DNA of 63,258 nucleotides, the filler included, from Neolecta irregularis DAH-3 (lineage: Eukaryota), in assembly GCA_001929475.1 (NCBI GenBank). It is 11 parts of 11 records of this genome, joined end to end, with 100 filler letters (N's around TTAATTAATTAA, not from the genome) between each part and the next. Parts side by side here need not be neighbours in the genome. Positions count along the whole stretch, not along the records: positions 4,011 to 26,861 come from LXFE01000153.1; 10 more parts are not named here. The stretch is one strand, 5' to 3'. The notes under the pieces are model-generated. The model had not been told where the DNA came from and ran no database searches. It was given only the letters and a program-made list of their open reading frames with translations. This document shows positions 11,341 to 24,022 of this stretch, one piece after another (position 1 is the first letter of the stretch; the number at the start of each line of letters is the position of its first letter). The position numbers were made by a program, and so were the translations under genes.

Positions 11341-13250
11341 TCAGTTACCTGGAGTACCAGGGGGTGTACACATAATTCCCTCATCTTCTTCGTTCCCAGC
11401 AATCTCTCGATAGCCAGGGGTTCGTACGAATTTTGGGACAGAATCCTAATCAATTATACTTAACTCGAAAGGGCATGGAACCGTACACCAGCCATTAACT
11501 TGAAAACCTGCTTTCTAGCTCGCTCTAAAAGTTCTATGATTTCTTTTAACGCTATTCGCATCTTTTTGTCGTCGCTTCCGACTGCTCTAGTCATTCTGGT
11601 AGCCATATCTAATCGCAGACTTGATTCAAGATTAAGTTCGTTGGGAGAACCAGGAGCTAAGAAGCGATTATAGATACCTATTCAGTGAGTTAATCGCTTC
11701 TCTAACAAGGGGTATATACCATATGCTCCGGCGATACAATCGCGGATGCGATCTAGAGATAGGGCGGTAGTAGCATCTCTCATGAATTCAGTAAGATCGG
11801 TATAGAACGAAAGATTCTCCTCGCAGAAATTTTCTCGAAGAAATTCTGCGAACAGCATTCGTTGAGGTGGGTTGTTAAGAATAGATTCCAATTTTGATCC
11901 ATTCGTTTCTCTTTCGGAAACAGGTTTAGAAGCGTTAGATTTGACTGGATTGGAATTTTCTATGGAGCTAGGCGAATTCACAGATTTATCGGCTAAATAC
12001 GCCGGGGGAGATAACTGCTGAAGACTGATCCGTTCAGAATTTGGTCTCGATTCTATCGGAGACGATTCCCAAGCAATTCGTTTACCGCGAGCAGTTATTG
12101 CGTAAATCGAGTACTTTGAGACGAAGAATCCGCGACCTGCAGCTTGTTGCTCTCGGGAGACTTCATTCGCAGACTCAATAAGCCCTTTTTCGAGAAACGA
12201 GGTGGCGATCTGTACAACTTCAACGGGATCCATTATCGTAGAACAATCCATCAACCACCGAGCTCCAGTTCGACCCGTGAAACTATTATAAATATATTGC
12301 TCCCCAACTTGTCGTCTATCAAGAAGTTTCACACCGCTTAATCCATCGCTGTATTCTGAGACCGAATCTGAATCGCTGAGAGTGCTAGAATTCTTCAAGT
12401 TTGGCTTTTTCCCCACAAACCGACCGAAAAGAATCTCAATTGAGGTTTTATCGTGGGATAGTTTATCCATTCGTTCCTCCCTCTCAAGTATAACTAGTTG
12501 CATGGTATTCAGCGGACTTTGTAACAGCTTCGAAACATGATCTGCAGTTATTCCATTTCTATATACGAAACGCTGAAGAATGGCAATTCCTTTTGGTGTC
12601 AACTGCCAGAGACATTTATCCTTGAATAAGGTGATATCCGAATCGACGGCATTTTCAAAGAAACGAGCGTCGAAAAATCGCTGACAAAGAGATTTCGCCA
12701 TGTCCTTTGCCATACTGAACGTCGTCGTGGTTGTAGTCACAACAATTCTTTGAGGGTCCTGTTGAAAAGTTAGCAATTAAACTGATGGAGTGTGTGGCAG
12801 GGTGAGGACAAAGATGGGAATTGTGCAGAAATGGTTACATTTGGATCTGGCATTCTATTGGACTGAGAGAATCTTAGATTCCCCAAATTTGCCGTAGCTT
12901 CTTCGGTAGTAAATGTGAATGCGTATGTTCGGAACCGGGCACGATGGGAAGATAGAGGCAAGCTGACAATCAAAGTCCCAAAGAGATCTTTAAAGTCCTG
13001 GAGCGAATTATTGGCTGGGGTAGAACTTTGCTCGCACCTTGGTATAAGGACGGCCATCAGCAGTGGTCCGCATCAATCTGCTTGAAGTTTGATGCATCTT
13101 GTCTCCCGAGTGTGTTCTTAGCAATGGGGATGTGGTGGGTTTCACTGGACCAGTGCGGTTCGAGAGGTTTGCCAGAGTAGGGTCTAGAGCGAGGGAAGGG
13201 GAAAGTACTACAGGGGAATTGCGGTCAGGGTTGTTGAGGAAAGCCCGCAT
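11341..13250 (-). CDS. flbA: Regulator of G-protein signalling (DEP-DEP-RGS; FlbA/Sst2/Rgs1 family)
   Basis: MHQTSSRLMRTTADGRPY, LRFSQSNRMPDP, TTTTTTTFSMAKDMAKSLCQRF, WQLTPKG, FCEENLSFY, YNRFLAPGSPNELN, DSVPKF. The start could instead be the second Met (~13097). Confidence 0.92.
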
Positions 13251-14034
13251 GGCGGAAAGCTCCCTTTATGTCAAGCAGTGCCGATAGACGCTACGCTAGT
13301 GCACAAGCAAAAGGCACTGCTCGCGTGGCCGGTTCTTCGTAGTTTTAATCAGACGAAAGACGTTGTCCGATCCGAACGTGGCCCCTATGCTTAGCGAGAT
13401 TGATGCGCTATTTGTCACCGGGGCGTGAGGAAACCGACCTACCTTCTAGCGCAGCGTGGTGCTTCCAGCACTTGTAGGCAGGACGAGTTGGGTGGTTCTA
13501 GTATATGCTAGAAATCGCACTGCTATAGGGGATGGTGGGTCGCAGAGGGAAAGTGGTCAATTTAAAACAGGCGGAGCGGCCCGGCAATGTCTAAGACATT
13601 TGCCTATCCCAGTTTCGCTAGCTTCGCCGACAGCCCAAGGTCGTTTCCCAGGCTTGTTGTTTCACCCATAGTACACTTTTTAGGAATTGCAAGCCCATTG
13701 GCTCACAGATTTTTTCATTACTATGGTGCGGGGGACGGCGCCGCATAAGGCAAAACGTGGTGGCCATGCTTGTCAATTCTTCATTATTATGTCTCTAAAA
13801 AGACAAGGGTCTAGGATTTTCTTCCAATTTCCTACCATTTGCACTCCCTAAGTGGTGCTTCTGTCATAACAGAGCAGACTTTTTATCAGGCTATGGTTTT
13901 TTCTCGCTACATAATTTTTGGCCAAGTATAACTGACCGAGTTGCTTGCACGTTACACGAAGATGCACTCCATCTATTCAACTATTGCCGTACCACAACCT
14001 AGATATAGTGGCGGTTATTGTGAGCATTGAGTGT

Positions 14035-14197
14035 CCGTGGCAAAGCTTGTAGCTACTTGGGTCGGTGGTACTGCTTGCCACAGTCAGGCTGCATTGATCA
14101 GCGTCGACGTCAGTGAGTCTTGAACCGTTGGGAGAGTCATGATGGCTTGCGATGAGGGGTGCTTGTCTGATCGTGGGGCATGATTAAGTCCCCACAG
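14035..14197 (-). mobile_element. Repeat family C copy (inverted)
   Basis: Reverse complement matches 2462-2632. Confidence 0.7.
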
Positions 14198-15270
14198 CTG
14201 TCGTACAGAGCGCAATCCTGTCTCATGCAGGAGATTGTTTGCATTGCTAGTGGAGCTACATTGAGGGGGCTCGAGTCCCACATGGCCACTTTAAGGAGCT
14301 GCGGGAATAACAAATGGCGCATGCCAAATGAAGTCTGGGTCGACAATAATGGATTGGTCCATGTGGGTGCCTCGTGTTTGTGACCGAGAAAGCCGACAGG
14401 CAGTTCAGTGATAGATTTCATTCAAGGAGGTCCCTAGCATGTCACGACTAGTGTAGTGTAGGGTCCTGTTGGAATCGTATTTGGAGAATTATCCTGGGAC
14501 AGAACAGGCAGAGTGGATGATGAATTTGGCCGTCTTTACTGACGACTCTTCGCCTCGTATGTCTTCTCCCCGTCTATTTCTGGAATGAAAATATCTTTTG
14601 TGGGGGTTGAGACTTGTGAAATTCTTCAAACAAGTGCTAAGAAAATTACTTTTGATAACGAGTAATGGCGAGCACGCGATTGATTGATTATATAGAAGGC
14701 TAATATAGTAAACTAGTGTGATGCAGCAAATCTAGAGCAATAATTATTATTGAACACGAAATACAAAAGAACGTGTTACATACAGGCTACATTTGAAGAG
14801 TTTTCGAGGATTTTGACACGACTGGGATAACATGATTATTTAGACTGGAGGGCCCGAGTCCTACAACGGACTGCGACAGGACTATTCATATGATAACAGA
14901 AGCAGTCACATCAGTTGTAGCGACTAGAAAGGGACCCAAGAGAAGGAAAATAAACGAAACCCTTTAAATATCCTCCAAAATACAAAATATTAAGTGTACC
15001 ATTTACATGCCACGTGGTCCCCTCCAATCCACAAACACGAGGTTGTTCGTGTGTAAGATGATGATTACGGTACAGAGCTCTACATTTTATGCGGGGAAGG
15101 AGTATCCATAAGGGATGATGTGAAATGAAAATAGGCGACTAGGATGATCATTCAACCAAGCTGTTGATAGTTGGATATTGTTGAGACTGCTACAACTACT
15201 GATCATGCTGTCGTTGCCAATATCTAATGCCTTAAAACCTCCAAAATCATTCCCAAGATGCGAATTTCGT

Positions 15271-18142
15271 TCATGATTTGACCCACCTTTTCACAATGCT
15301 AGGCAACTTTGAACTGGACTCCTCTACAAAGCCCTGCAGCTCCCCCAGGCCCACCTCCAAACACCACATCCTGCATTCTCGTGCTAGCCCACCCCCAAAT
15401 GCACCCCCAGATGCTGTTACCATTAGTCCTTTACGACCTAGAATATCCCATGAATTCATAGCGGTAACTCTATCAACAATTCGGATTGCGCCACTGCTGG
15501 CTGTACTACCTGCTGACGCAGCCGACACTTCGGCTTTCTTCAAGATGACGCGGTACTCTTCGTAAGCCATGTTGAAATTTACAGTTTCGCTGTCACGGGC
15601 ATCGACTTGAGCTGCCGAGATGAGAAGCGCGAGTTCAAGCAGTGTAAGACCTGTGCAGTTAGTTTTGATTTTGATCTTACTACATATACCTTTGAGCAAA
15701 TAGGATCTTGAGGTTGGTAAAACTAACGCGTTTCCTCGAAATGATTGAGCGGAGGGGATTGATTCGACGGTCGTAAGCCGTTTGATAGGTAGCAAACATG
15801 TTAGATGGAACGCGCGCACGTCTTTACTCTCACAAAAGATCTGTTCGACCATGTCCCTGAATCCTAGATTCAAGAACAACAACTTGTTTGTCAGAATATT
15901 TAATCACAAGATATTACATCAATATGATGGTTCCACTGTTGAAGAATTCCAACTTCCTCGCCCGTCAGGACGTTTTGATCAAAATCGCCGGATTCTTCAA
16001 AGCTTATAAATAAACTTGCTTTACAGATCTCCTCAAAGGTTCCAAAAGATTCTGGCAAACTGATTTGATATGACCGATGACTGAATCTACTTTTAACCCG
16101 TTTCTCAAGCGAATCGGCGATATCCTCAACTATTAGTTACCTGCGAACAAATTGATTTACATAACGACACGTCAATCCAAGAACTGCAATCGGGGCCTTC
16201 TTGTTCTGCGCGATATCGAAAAGATTATAGAGTAAAGTCTGCCTCGGATGGTGAACAAACTGGTCAAATTCATCGAGAATAAATATGACAGAACTGGAAA
16301 TAGTGGCGCGTCCGATAGTTTCCTCGTCGTCCTGGGTGATTCCAAGTTCATCTGGATGTGATAATGTTCCAAGCAGTGCGGTAAGCATGTCTGAGTAACT
16401 CTTCTAACATATTCAAACGCTGAAATGGTAAAACGGCAGCATACGAGTTCTTTAGACTGAGATTCAATATCCATTTCATTGGCCAATTGCCTAGCAATCT
16501 CTTTGAGAGCTAAACGATCGTCCGTTTGTGCGTACCCTGAAAGTCGAACGACCATAAATGCATCATGATACGCGGTCCGAAGATTTCGAATTGCTGCATT
16601 AACGATCTAATAGAAGTCAACGCTACGGTCGGTCATAAGCCACTTACAGAGCTTTTTCCAACGGAACGTGGACCGTGGATAATGCACGAATTACTCTCAC
16701 CTGAAACAACTGTTTGTTGGAGTAAGTCATAAATTTTCCTGACGTTCACAAAAGTACCTTGACGATACGTACTTGTAGTAGCCATCTTGTCCAATGAGAG
16801 GAATTGGAATGCGTCCCATCAGTTTTCCAAGAATATGGTTTTGAATTCTGGTGAAAAACTCTTCAGGGAGAATACCGTCTGTAGCCAACGACATTTGAGA
16901 AACATTTCCCATTTCCTTCCCCTGCTCATCGATGCCATCGGAAGTTTGCGGTTCTTCCTCTTCGTCTGTTTCGTGGAATGGGTTTGCAGAGGGATCGATG
17001 TTGACGGATAGTTCATTTAGTTCGCACTCGTCTAAAGGGTTTGACTTGTCTGAATCTGTTTGAGATACTTCTTCTACCTCATCCTTAGGGATAGAGTATC
17101 GCTTTCCGAACTTGACAGGTGAAGAAGAAATAATTGATTCACTTTTTGAGGGAACTGAACGACGAGGCTTCTGCCCTGAAGAACCGGTTTCCTCCAGTTC
17201 TCCATCTGCCTCAAAATCATCATTGTCCGGCTTTTTCAGCGACAAGAGGCCCTTTCGAAAGGTAGAAGAGGGTGGATTAGTGATCACCACATGCTTCGCG
17301 TTGCCCAAGTTCAAAGGCTCTTGATCCGAGGATTCTCCATCTTTTACCTGGGAATTACTCTTGACAGGTTTTCGCCGAGGTAGTGTTTTGGCGCGTGATC
17401 TGACAGGAGAAGAAGCAATTGACTTGGTCTTAGCTGACGGTTTACGACCATATTTCTTTCTACCCGGCTGTTCAGTAATTGATGAATCAGATTTTTCGGC
17501 TTGCAGAGTCTCCTCTTCGGGCGATTCAAACTCTGTCGGGCTCTTTGAAGATGATAATTTTGCGTTTTCTGTAGTGGTTTTCTTTCTTTGAGATACCTTC
17601 TTGATAGTCTCTGCCTTTTTCTCACTTCCAACACGGTTATGGCCTACTCTCTTTTTGCTAGAATGAACTCTTTTCGAGCTTTTCTTTATTTCAGTATCGG
17701 GAGGTGGACCCTGACTTCTCAAACTCCTCCCGCTTCCAGGGGTCTTCTTGGATGATATTGACAACTGATGATGAACTGGTAGTTGTATATCTTTTGGAGT
17801 GTTTACAGGCCTTGTGGATTTGACTTGTTCTTTACTTTGTGTATTCGAGGGATGTTTCGACGAAGACTTGGATGGGGTCTTGTGGTATTGCCTCTTAGGC
17901 GTACTGGGATGTAAAGCGGCAGCAACTGTGGACCCTTCTTTCCGGTTTGATTTCTTGGTATGAAATGATTGAGAAGGCTGGGAGGATAGAGCAACTGATT
18001 CTGGATCCCAGTAGGCGGAGTCATACTCATTTTCTTCCCTTGGTATTGAAACATCTTTTACTCTGGTCTGTTTTCTTGCTCTTTTAGAGATTCGGTCCTC
18101 TTCTGGAGAGTCTCTTGGACGCTTAAGAGGGTTATTCTTCAT
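15271..18142 (-). CDS. ORC4: Origin recognition complex subunit 4 with a long basic, disordered N-terminal extension
   Basis: [17 protein letters not shown] (Walker A-like), [67 protein letters not shown]. Confidence 0.93.
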
Positions 18143-18215
18143 TGAGAGGCTGTCGTTGAAACTCTTGAAACTTGTCACACCAAATTTCGAACCAACGTTT
18201 ATCTAGATCCCTCAA

Positions 18216-18886
18216 ATGGCTCCAACCAGTCTCTCACCACACTGGGAATCACCCCAATTGCCACCTGAGGTCGTTTCATGCCTCAAACATAGTCGTTATG
18301 TACGAAGTTCTTTGATTTATGATCATTTCCTTATCAATAGCTCCATCTAGGAACATGCCATAATGATTATCCACACATTAGTCTGATGAACTTTACATAT
18401 GTCCCAAAAGGCAGTCAGTATGAAGAGCATGATTGTATCATTTTGACGTGCCGGCGAAACACAAAGAAATTCATCAATATAACTGCGGTATAATGAAGAG
18501 GGGATCGCTGACCGAACAGCTAGAACCCCAGGGTGTCTTTGCTAGTCCATGATTGGGTATCTCCACGTTCTCAAACGAACACGACCCCTAGCGCCAGCGC
18601 TCTTTCATTCTTCTTGCAGAACCTCAATCAAGCAGAATTGTCGTCTATCAGTGCCACTCTCAATGGGACTGCATGGCCACTCGAAGCCGCGGAAGCCGCA
18701 TACTACAAAGAACTACACCTGCAAGCCAACCCGCCAGAAGCCAGAAGGTACGTCGACTGTCCGGACATGGTGGTGGTGAAAGTGAGAATCACCAGCGCAC
18801 GAATAGTAGATACGGAAGACCATGTCGAGAAATGGGGCAGTGAGGGACCGGCGATGGGAACAGCGGGAAGTGAGAGCAGCATATAA
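18216..18886 (+). CDS. Pyridoxamine 5'-phosphate oxidase-like FMN-binding protein, multi-exon
   Basis: LPPEVVSCLKHSRY/LHLGTCHNDYPHISLMNFTY, NPRVSLLVHDW, SISATLNG. Confidence 0.85.
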
Positions 18887-19184
18887 GTGCATACAAGCAA
18901 CAAGGGGTGGAAAGGCATAGGAGGTAAAACAGTGCTAATTAGTCACAATAGGACACCTGCACAGGGACGGGGCCACTGATTGTCGGCAGGAGTCGGATCT
19001 CTGATAGCGCTTAGTCCCAAAACGGCAACGGGCGCACCCTTATGACGCGACTGGTGCCCTTTACCCCAGAACGCGCCAACCGTTCAAGGAAGATAAAAGC
19101 GTCTCAGGCTCTCTGGCCGCCTCCACTGCCGTCCTCCCAGCGCATATACTCCTCCAACATCCCCAAATCTATTCTTCAGCTACT

Positions 19185-19613
19185 ATGTCTGTACATCCCT
19201 GCAATAGCTACAATAACCGGTACTGCAACAACAACAACAAGCAGTATGCAGTTGACGAGTCCTCCTACGAAGTCATCTCGCATCTCGACGCTGACCCCCT
19301 CAGCAGCGTCTCCTTGCACTCTCGTATAGTTCCCCAGGAGGACGACGAGTTCACTTTTTTGAACTTTGAGAATCTTTCCTACGCGTCCGTCTTGAAAGCA
19401 GGTTCAAACAACAGCAAACAGTCTATCGTTCAAAGAAGATCTCTACCTCGGTCACCAACCAAAGTTCATCCTCCCAAGCACGATGGTTTGGGGTCTGACG
19501 ACGACTGGACGTTTGAGAATCAACTGCTCAAATCCATTCGACGGAACCAGCGAGCAGTGGGATTGAAGAAGGATAGACTAGCTCGACGGTCTTGGTTTGT
19601 CAGGGTGTTTTAA
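19185..19613 (+). CDS. Hypothetical 142-aa disordered protein
   Basis: ATG-initiated intronless ORF in gene-dense context, after a pyrimidine-rich leader. Confidence 0.55.
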   Translation: MSVHPCNSYNNRYCNNNNKQYAVDESSYEVISHLDADPLSSVSLHSRIVPQEDDEFTFLNFENLSYASVLKAGSNNSKQSIVQRRSLPRSPTKVHPPKHDGLGSDDDWTFENQLLKSIRRNQRAVGLKKDRLARRSWFVRVF

Positions 19614-19796
19614 GCGATCGGGATTTAAGGACGAGCCATTCACTCTTGTCCAACTCTTGCGCTTGGTATTCTATTTTGGCGGTGTTTCTCTTATTGGGTA
19701 ATAAGTAACTGTTCTTTCTTTCTGGTAACTTCGAAACTGTGGTGGACATATAGCAGTTGCAAGATGGGCATTATAGCGGACGGAGGCTTTGGGAAT

Positions 19797-20731
19797 TTAT
19801 CTATTAACCATAATATCTTGGGTGGTCTGAATCACAGTCTGGTTGTGCATATCCACCCACTCTGCCTCTGTTGTTTTGCGGTGACTCATGATGTTCATCA
19901 AACACCATATCTGATGGAGATAAGCAGGTCAACATTAAAGATAACAAACATGAACGAGCGCGCCTCCCCAACAATAAACATGAAACGCGTTTTCCTATCG
20001 AAGTTAAGCACATGTCACACACACAGATAACAAAATATACCAATGCATGCGCGATAACCCAGCCAACAGATCCCTTTCTAATGCATCTCTGTAGATCTCT
20101 CCAAAACATGCTTTTACTCTCGTCGGTCCAGCCCAAGTGAACACCAATCTTCCAATACCCGCGTTCCATGTCCCGAATATTCTTACTTCGGTAGATTTCC
20201 TTGTACTCTTGTAAATCGAGATTCTTCATGTACTCTGTGACAATGACCGGTGAAACGTCGCTCGATCTGGGTAGTATCAGCTTGCTTTCTCCAAAGAGGA
20301 TTTCAAGTGGAATACGTGGGTGAAAAAGCGGGAATTTGTCTGGTTGGCGATCAGGAGAGGTTGTTGTGTCTGCGATAGACGGCGGGGGCGGCGATAAAGT
20401 GTAAAGATCTGATATTTCCGGGGGCTTGTTGGCGAGTGTGTATATGGCGGACTGTTTCCAAGGGATCAGCGGTTGAAATGCGATTTGAACTTGGGATTGG
20501 GAGTCTGGGATTTGATCATCTTCCGAGTCGATGTCGATAGGAGACGGTTCTAGAGAGTTGGCGGGGAAATTTTGGAGAGATACTCCTTGATTGGTGGGTG
20601 TCTGGTGGATACTGTTTCTCGGGATAAAAGCAAGTGCTAGCGAGAGCTTGGCGGGTGTATTTCTGGTCGGATGAAGCAGAGGAAGACGCTGTTATGTGGA
20701 CGAGGATTGTGGGATTAGATGGCTGGTTCAT
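19797..20731 (-). CDS. Conserved fungal hypothetical protein, multi-exon
   Basis: Spliceable frame: ILVHITASS...ERGYWKIG...FWRDLQRCIRKGSVGW...HVYCWGGALVH/IWCLM...AEWVD. Confidence 0.65.
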
Positions 20732-20885
20732 TCATTGACCTTTTTTGGTTGTCTAACTTTGATCGAGTACGTAGAGAACACCGAGGTACTATAGTCAACC
20801 GGTGGATGAGGATGCGGGGATTCAAACGATTTTACCTAGATGGACAGCAAACTCCGCCTCGTCATCAGCATTGTCCAGACCAACA

Positions 20886-22165
20886 ATGTCTCTCGCCGAT
20901 TCCCTCTCCAATGTCAACAGTTTAACTTCCTCAAGCGACAAAGTGCAAGCCTACAGATCCGTCCTCGAGCAAATCTATGCCAATTCCCAAAACCTGCAGC
21001 AATCCCTCTCCGAATTCCTTCTCACGATCATCCAAGAATCTCATGGCCTCGCCATTTCCCGGCCCGCATTGACAGACTATGTCCATTCTCTCGACCAAAT
21101 AACCGATCCAAATCAAAAACTGGAAATTCTCAAGCTTGCTTTAGACACCGTTCAACCGCGTTATACAAGCTTTGAGGAACAAGTCTGCACGATTCGCGAA
21201 AACCTCGCCGCACAATATGAATTACTAAACAAACACGAGGAAGCCGCGAAAACACTACAAGGGATCCAACTAGAATCCGGCCAACGGTTGACACCTCCCG
21301 GTTCAATTTACAAGTAATTGATAGCATTCAGGGTAATCACCGAAGATTACAAACTCAAAATCCTCATTCGGATAATTCGCAATCTTTTAGAAATCGACGA
21401 TGCGATAACTGCTGATACATACCTTAACCGCGCTCAACTGTTGATCCATATAACCGACGACCCAGAACTATTACTTCCATTCAAAGCCGCACAGGCAAAA
21501 TGCTTTGACGCCAAGAGAATGTTTGTACAAGCCAGTTCCAAGTACCATGAAATAAGCTACGAAACCGTGGTGGATGGATCAGAACGTCTACAATGTCTTT
21601 CCAATTCGATAATTTGCGGTGTTTTAGCGCCCGCAGGACCATTGAGAAGTCGATTATTAGCGAATTTGTATAAAGATGATAGAGCTGCTGGATTAGCAGA
21701 GTTTGAAATGTTGGAGAAAATGCATTTAGACCGATTAATTTCTCCTGCCCAGACTGTTGAATTTTCGAAAAAGCTGAAGGGTCATCAATTGGCGACTGTC
21801 TCTGATGGTACGACGGTGTTGGAACAAGCTGTCCTTGAGCATAATTTGTTATCTGCGAGTATGGTGTATGATAATATTGGGTTTGGAGAGTTGGCTCGGG
21901 TTTTGGGGATAAATGAGGAGAAGGCAGAGGAGTATGCTGCCAAGATGATTGAACAGGGTCGATTGATGGGGGAAATTGACCAGATTAAAGAGTTTATTTA
22001 TTTCAATGTTCAAGAGGACGGGTTTATTGAGACGAGGAGATGGGACAAGAATATCGAGGCGCTGTGTCAGGCTGCGGAGAATATTGGTGTTGAGTTGGAA
22101 AAGATTGAGGTATGTTTATTAGGCGGGCGCTGTAGGTTAATGGGTAGAAGGTAGAGTCTGCGTGA
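20886..22165 (+). CDS. CSN4: COP9 signalosome subunit 4
   Basis: SFEEQVCTIRENLA, GIQLESGQR, VLAPAGPLRSRLLANLYKDDR, EHNLLSASMVYDNI, PCI domain. Confidence 0.93.
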
Positions 22166-22804
22166 CTAAGAGTGGGCGCTATAGGTTAACCGGTAGATGA
22201 TTCGTGACTAAGAGTTGAGTTTGTGCATGATCTGATGGAAAGCTGTATGGCATAGATAACAGATCGAGTCAAGACAGGGGGTTCTGAGGTAAACTGGTAA
22301 ATCTTCTGACTTGAAAAGTATCTTGGGAATAGAGGAGAATGCCCCTGCAACCCAACTCTATACAATTGTCTCGTATTCGGCAAAATGATTAATAAAGGTG
22401 CTAGAATACTGTGGTTCTTGCATGTGTCATGAATATAGAAGGAGTAGCTGTCACACAACGTCTTGAACATGTTCAGGTTGAAGAGTCCTAGTTATCAGAA
22501 ATCTATCATTACTTGCAAGCTCCTACATATATAATGCCAAGGCTTCAAAAAAGGGTTGAAAAGATGATTGAACGATTTTGCCTCAGATGCGGTAAACCTT
22601 ACATATTCTACATTTCCAATCGACTCTGACCACGGAAAAGGAAGGGCAAAGTATTGCAACGATGCCGGTCGGCCGTATTAATCTTGATTTGCGGACATAC
22701 TTCGGACAAATCACTCGAAATCTCTTTGAAATAGTCGAGCGAGGCGAAGCGGGATGCCATCCAGTGCGCCGTCTTTGTTTGCCGCGAGCGGGATTGCGTC
22801 GGCG

Positions 22805-22831
22805 ACACGTGACTTGCACCCACACGTGACT
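22805..22831. promoter_or_regulatory. Two direct ACACGTGACT copies (GTCACGTG E-box, Cbf1/bHLH-type) upstream of TFG2
   Basis: Identical 10-mers at 22805-22814 and 22822-22831, 34-60 nt before the ATG. Confidence 0.45.
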
Positions 22832-22864
22832 CTCTCCTTTGCCGCTGCCATCCTCCTATTCGAC

Positions 22865-23954
22865 ATGGCCGCCACGCCGCAACTCCCCGATGTCAAAATG
22901 GACGTCTATGAGGAGGACGAAGACCCGGATCTCGATGTTACGAATGCAAATCAAAAGGTTTGGCTCGTAAAGATCCCCAAATTTGTACTCGACAAGTGGG
23001 CCACAGTCCAAAAGGGCGACGAATTCCTCGGCAACGTTATTGTCGCTGGGTATACACTATCTTTTATAGCACACTGACCCACATATAGAGGAGGTGAGAA
23101 TGTGCGTATCCAGTATCAACACTCCTCACAAAAAACAGCTAAAGCTTCTGCTCCCAGATAACCCAACCTACTCCGACATCCCCATCGAATATGACCTGCA
23201 GATCCAGAATAGAGGCGTAGAAAATGTGTACGTTTTTACAGAAAAAGACATACCCGGCGTTCCTCCTCCTGATCTATCGCTTCCCTTCTACGACCGCCCA
23301 CCTGTTCCAAGTACCCGTCCGCCAACTTCTACGGCTAACCAATGGAACAAACCGCCATAGCAGGAAAAGTCATCTACGAATGCAACGCAAAGCCAATAAT
23401 CAACGCTCGCTATTCACATTACATGAAACAACGAAACAAGGCCGCTGTGCCTCAACGTCAAGCTCGCATGCTCAACGAAACTAGTTTCCATGGAACAGTC
23501 CTGGCCCCCGGAACAACAGGAGCCAGCGCTGGCCGCTTCAACTCCTTCACCGTATGCTCGCCCCCTGCACATACGCTGAAATTACAGAAAGGAACCAAAA
23601 TGATCAAAACAGGTAGTTCAACTGACTTGAAAATGACAAGACTCCCCAAAAATGAGCTTTTAGATCTTCTCTTTAAATGTTTCCATGACTATGAATACTG
23701 GAGTTTAAAAGGCTTGCGCGAAATCGTCAGACAGCCCGAGGTACCTCATTTTCTCGATCTCTTCTTGATCGTAGGTATATCTAAAAGAAATTCTCGAAGA
23801 TATCGCCATTCTTAATAAACGGGGACCATATGCGCTAAAATGGTGTCTGAAGCCGGAATTCAAAGGCACAAAGCCCTCCAATGAGGTGAACATGGATAGG
23901 CGCGGGGACATTAAAAAGGATGAAAGCAGCGATGAGAATATGGAGGATGTGTAA
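22865..23954 (+). CDS. TFG2: TFIIF beta subunit (RAP30), multi-exon
   Basis: QKVWLVKIPKFV, NVYVFTEKD, QTAIAGKVIYECNAKP, RLPKNELLDLLFKCFHDYEYWSLKGLR, QPEVYLKEILEDIA. Confidence 0.94.
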
Positions 23955-24022
23955 GTCGCATTGTATTTTATTATCAGGTTGCATTGGGAGCTTTGGCAAT
24001 ATATTTACCCCCGCACAATCAT

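Noticed and set aside
14903-14910. Homol D box CAGTCACA
   Set aside because: Not upstream of a ribosomal or other recognisable gene; expected by chance
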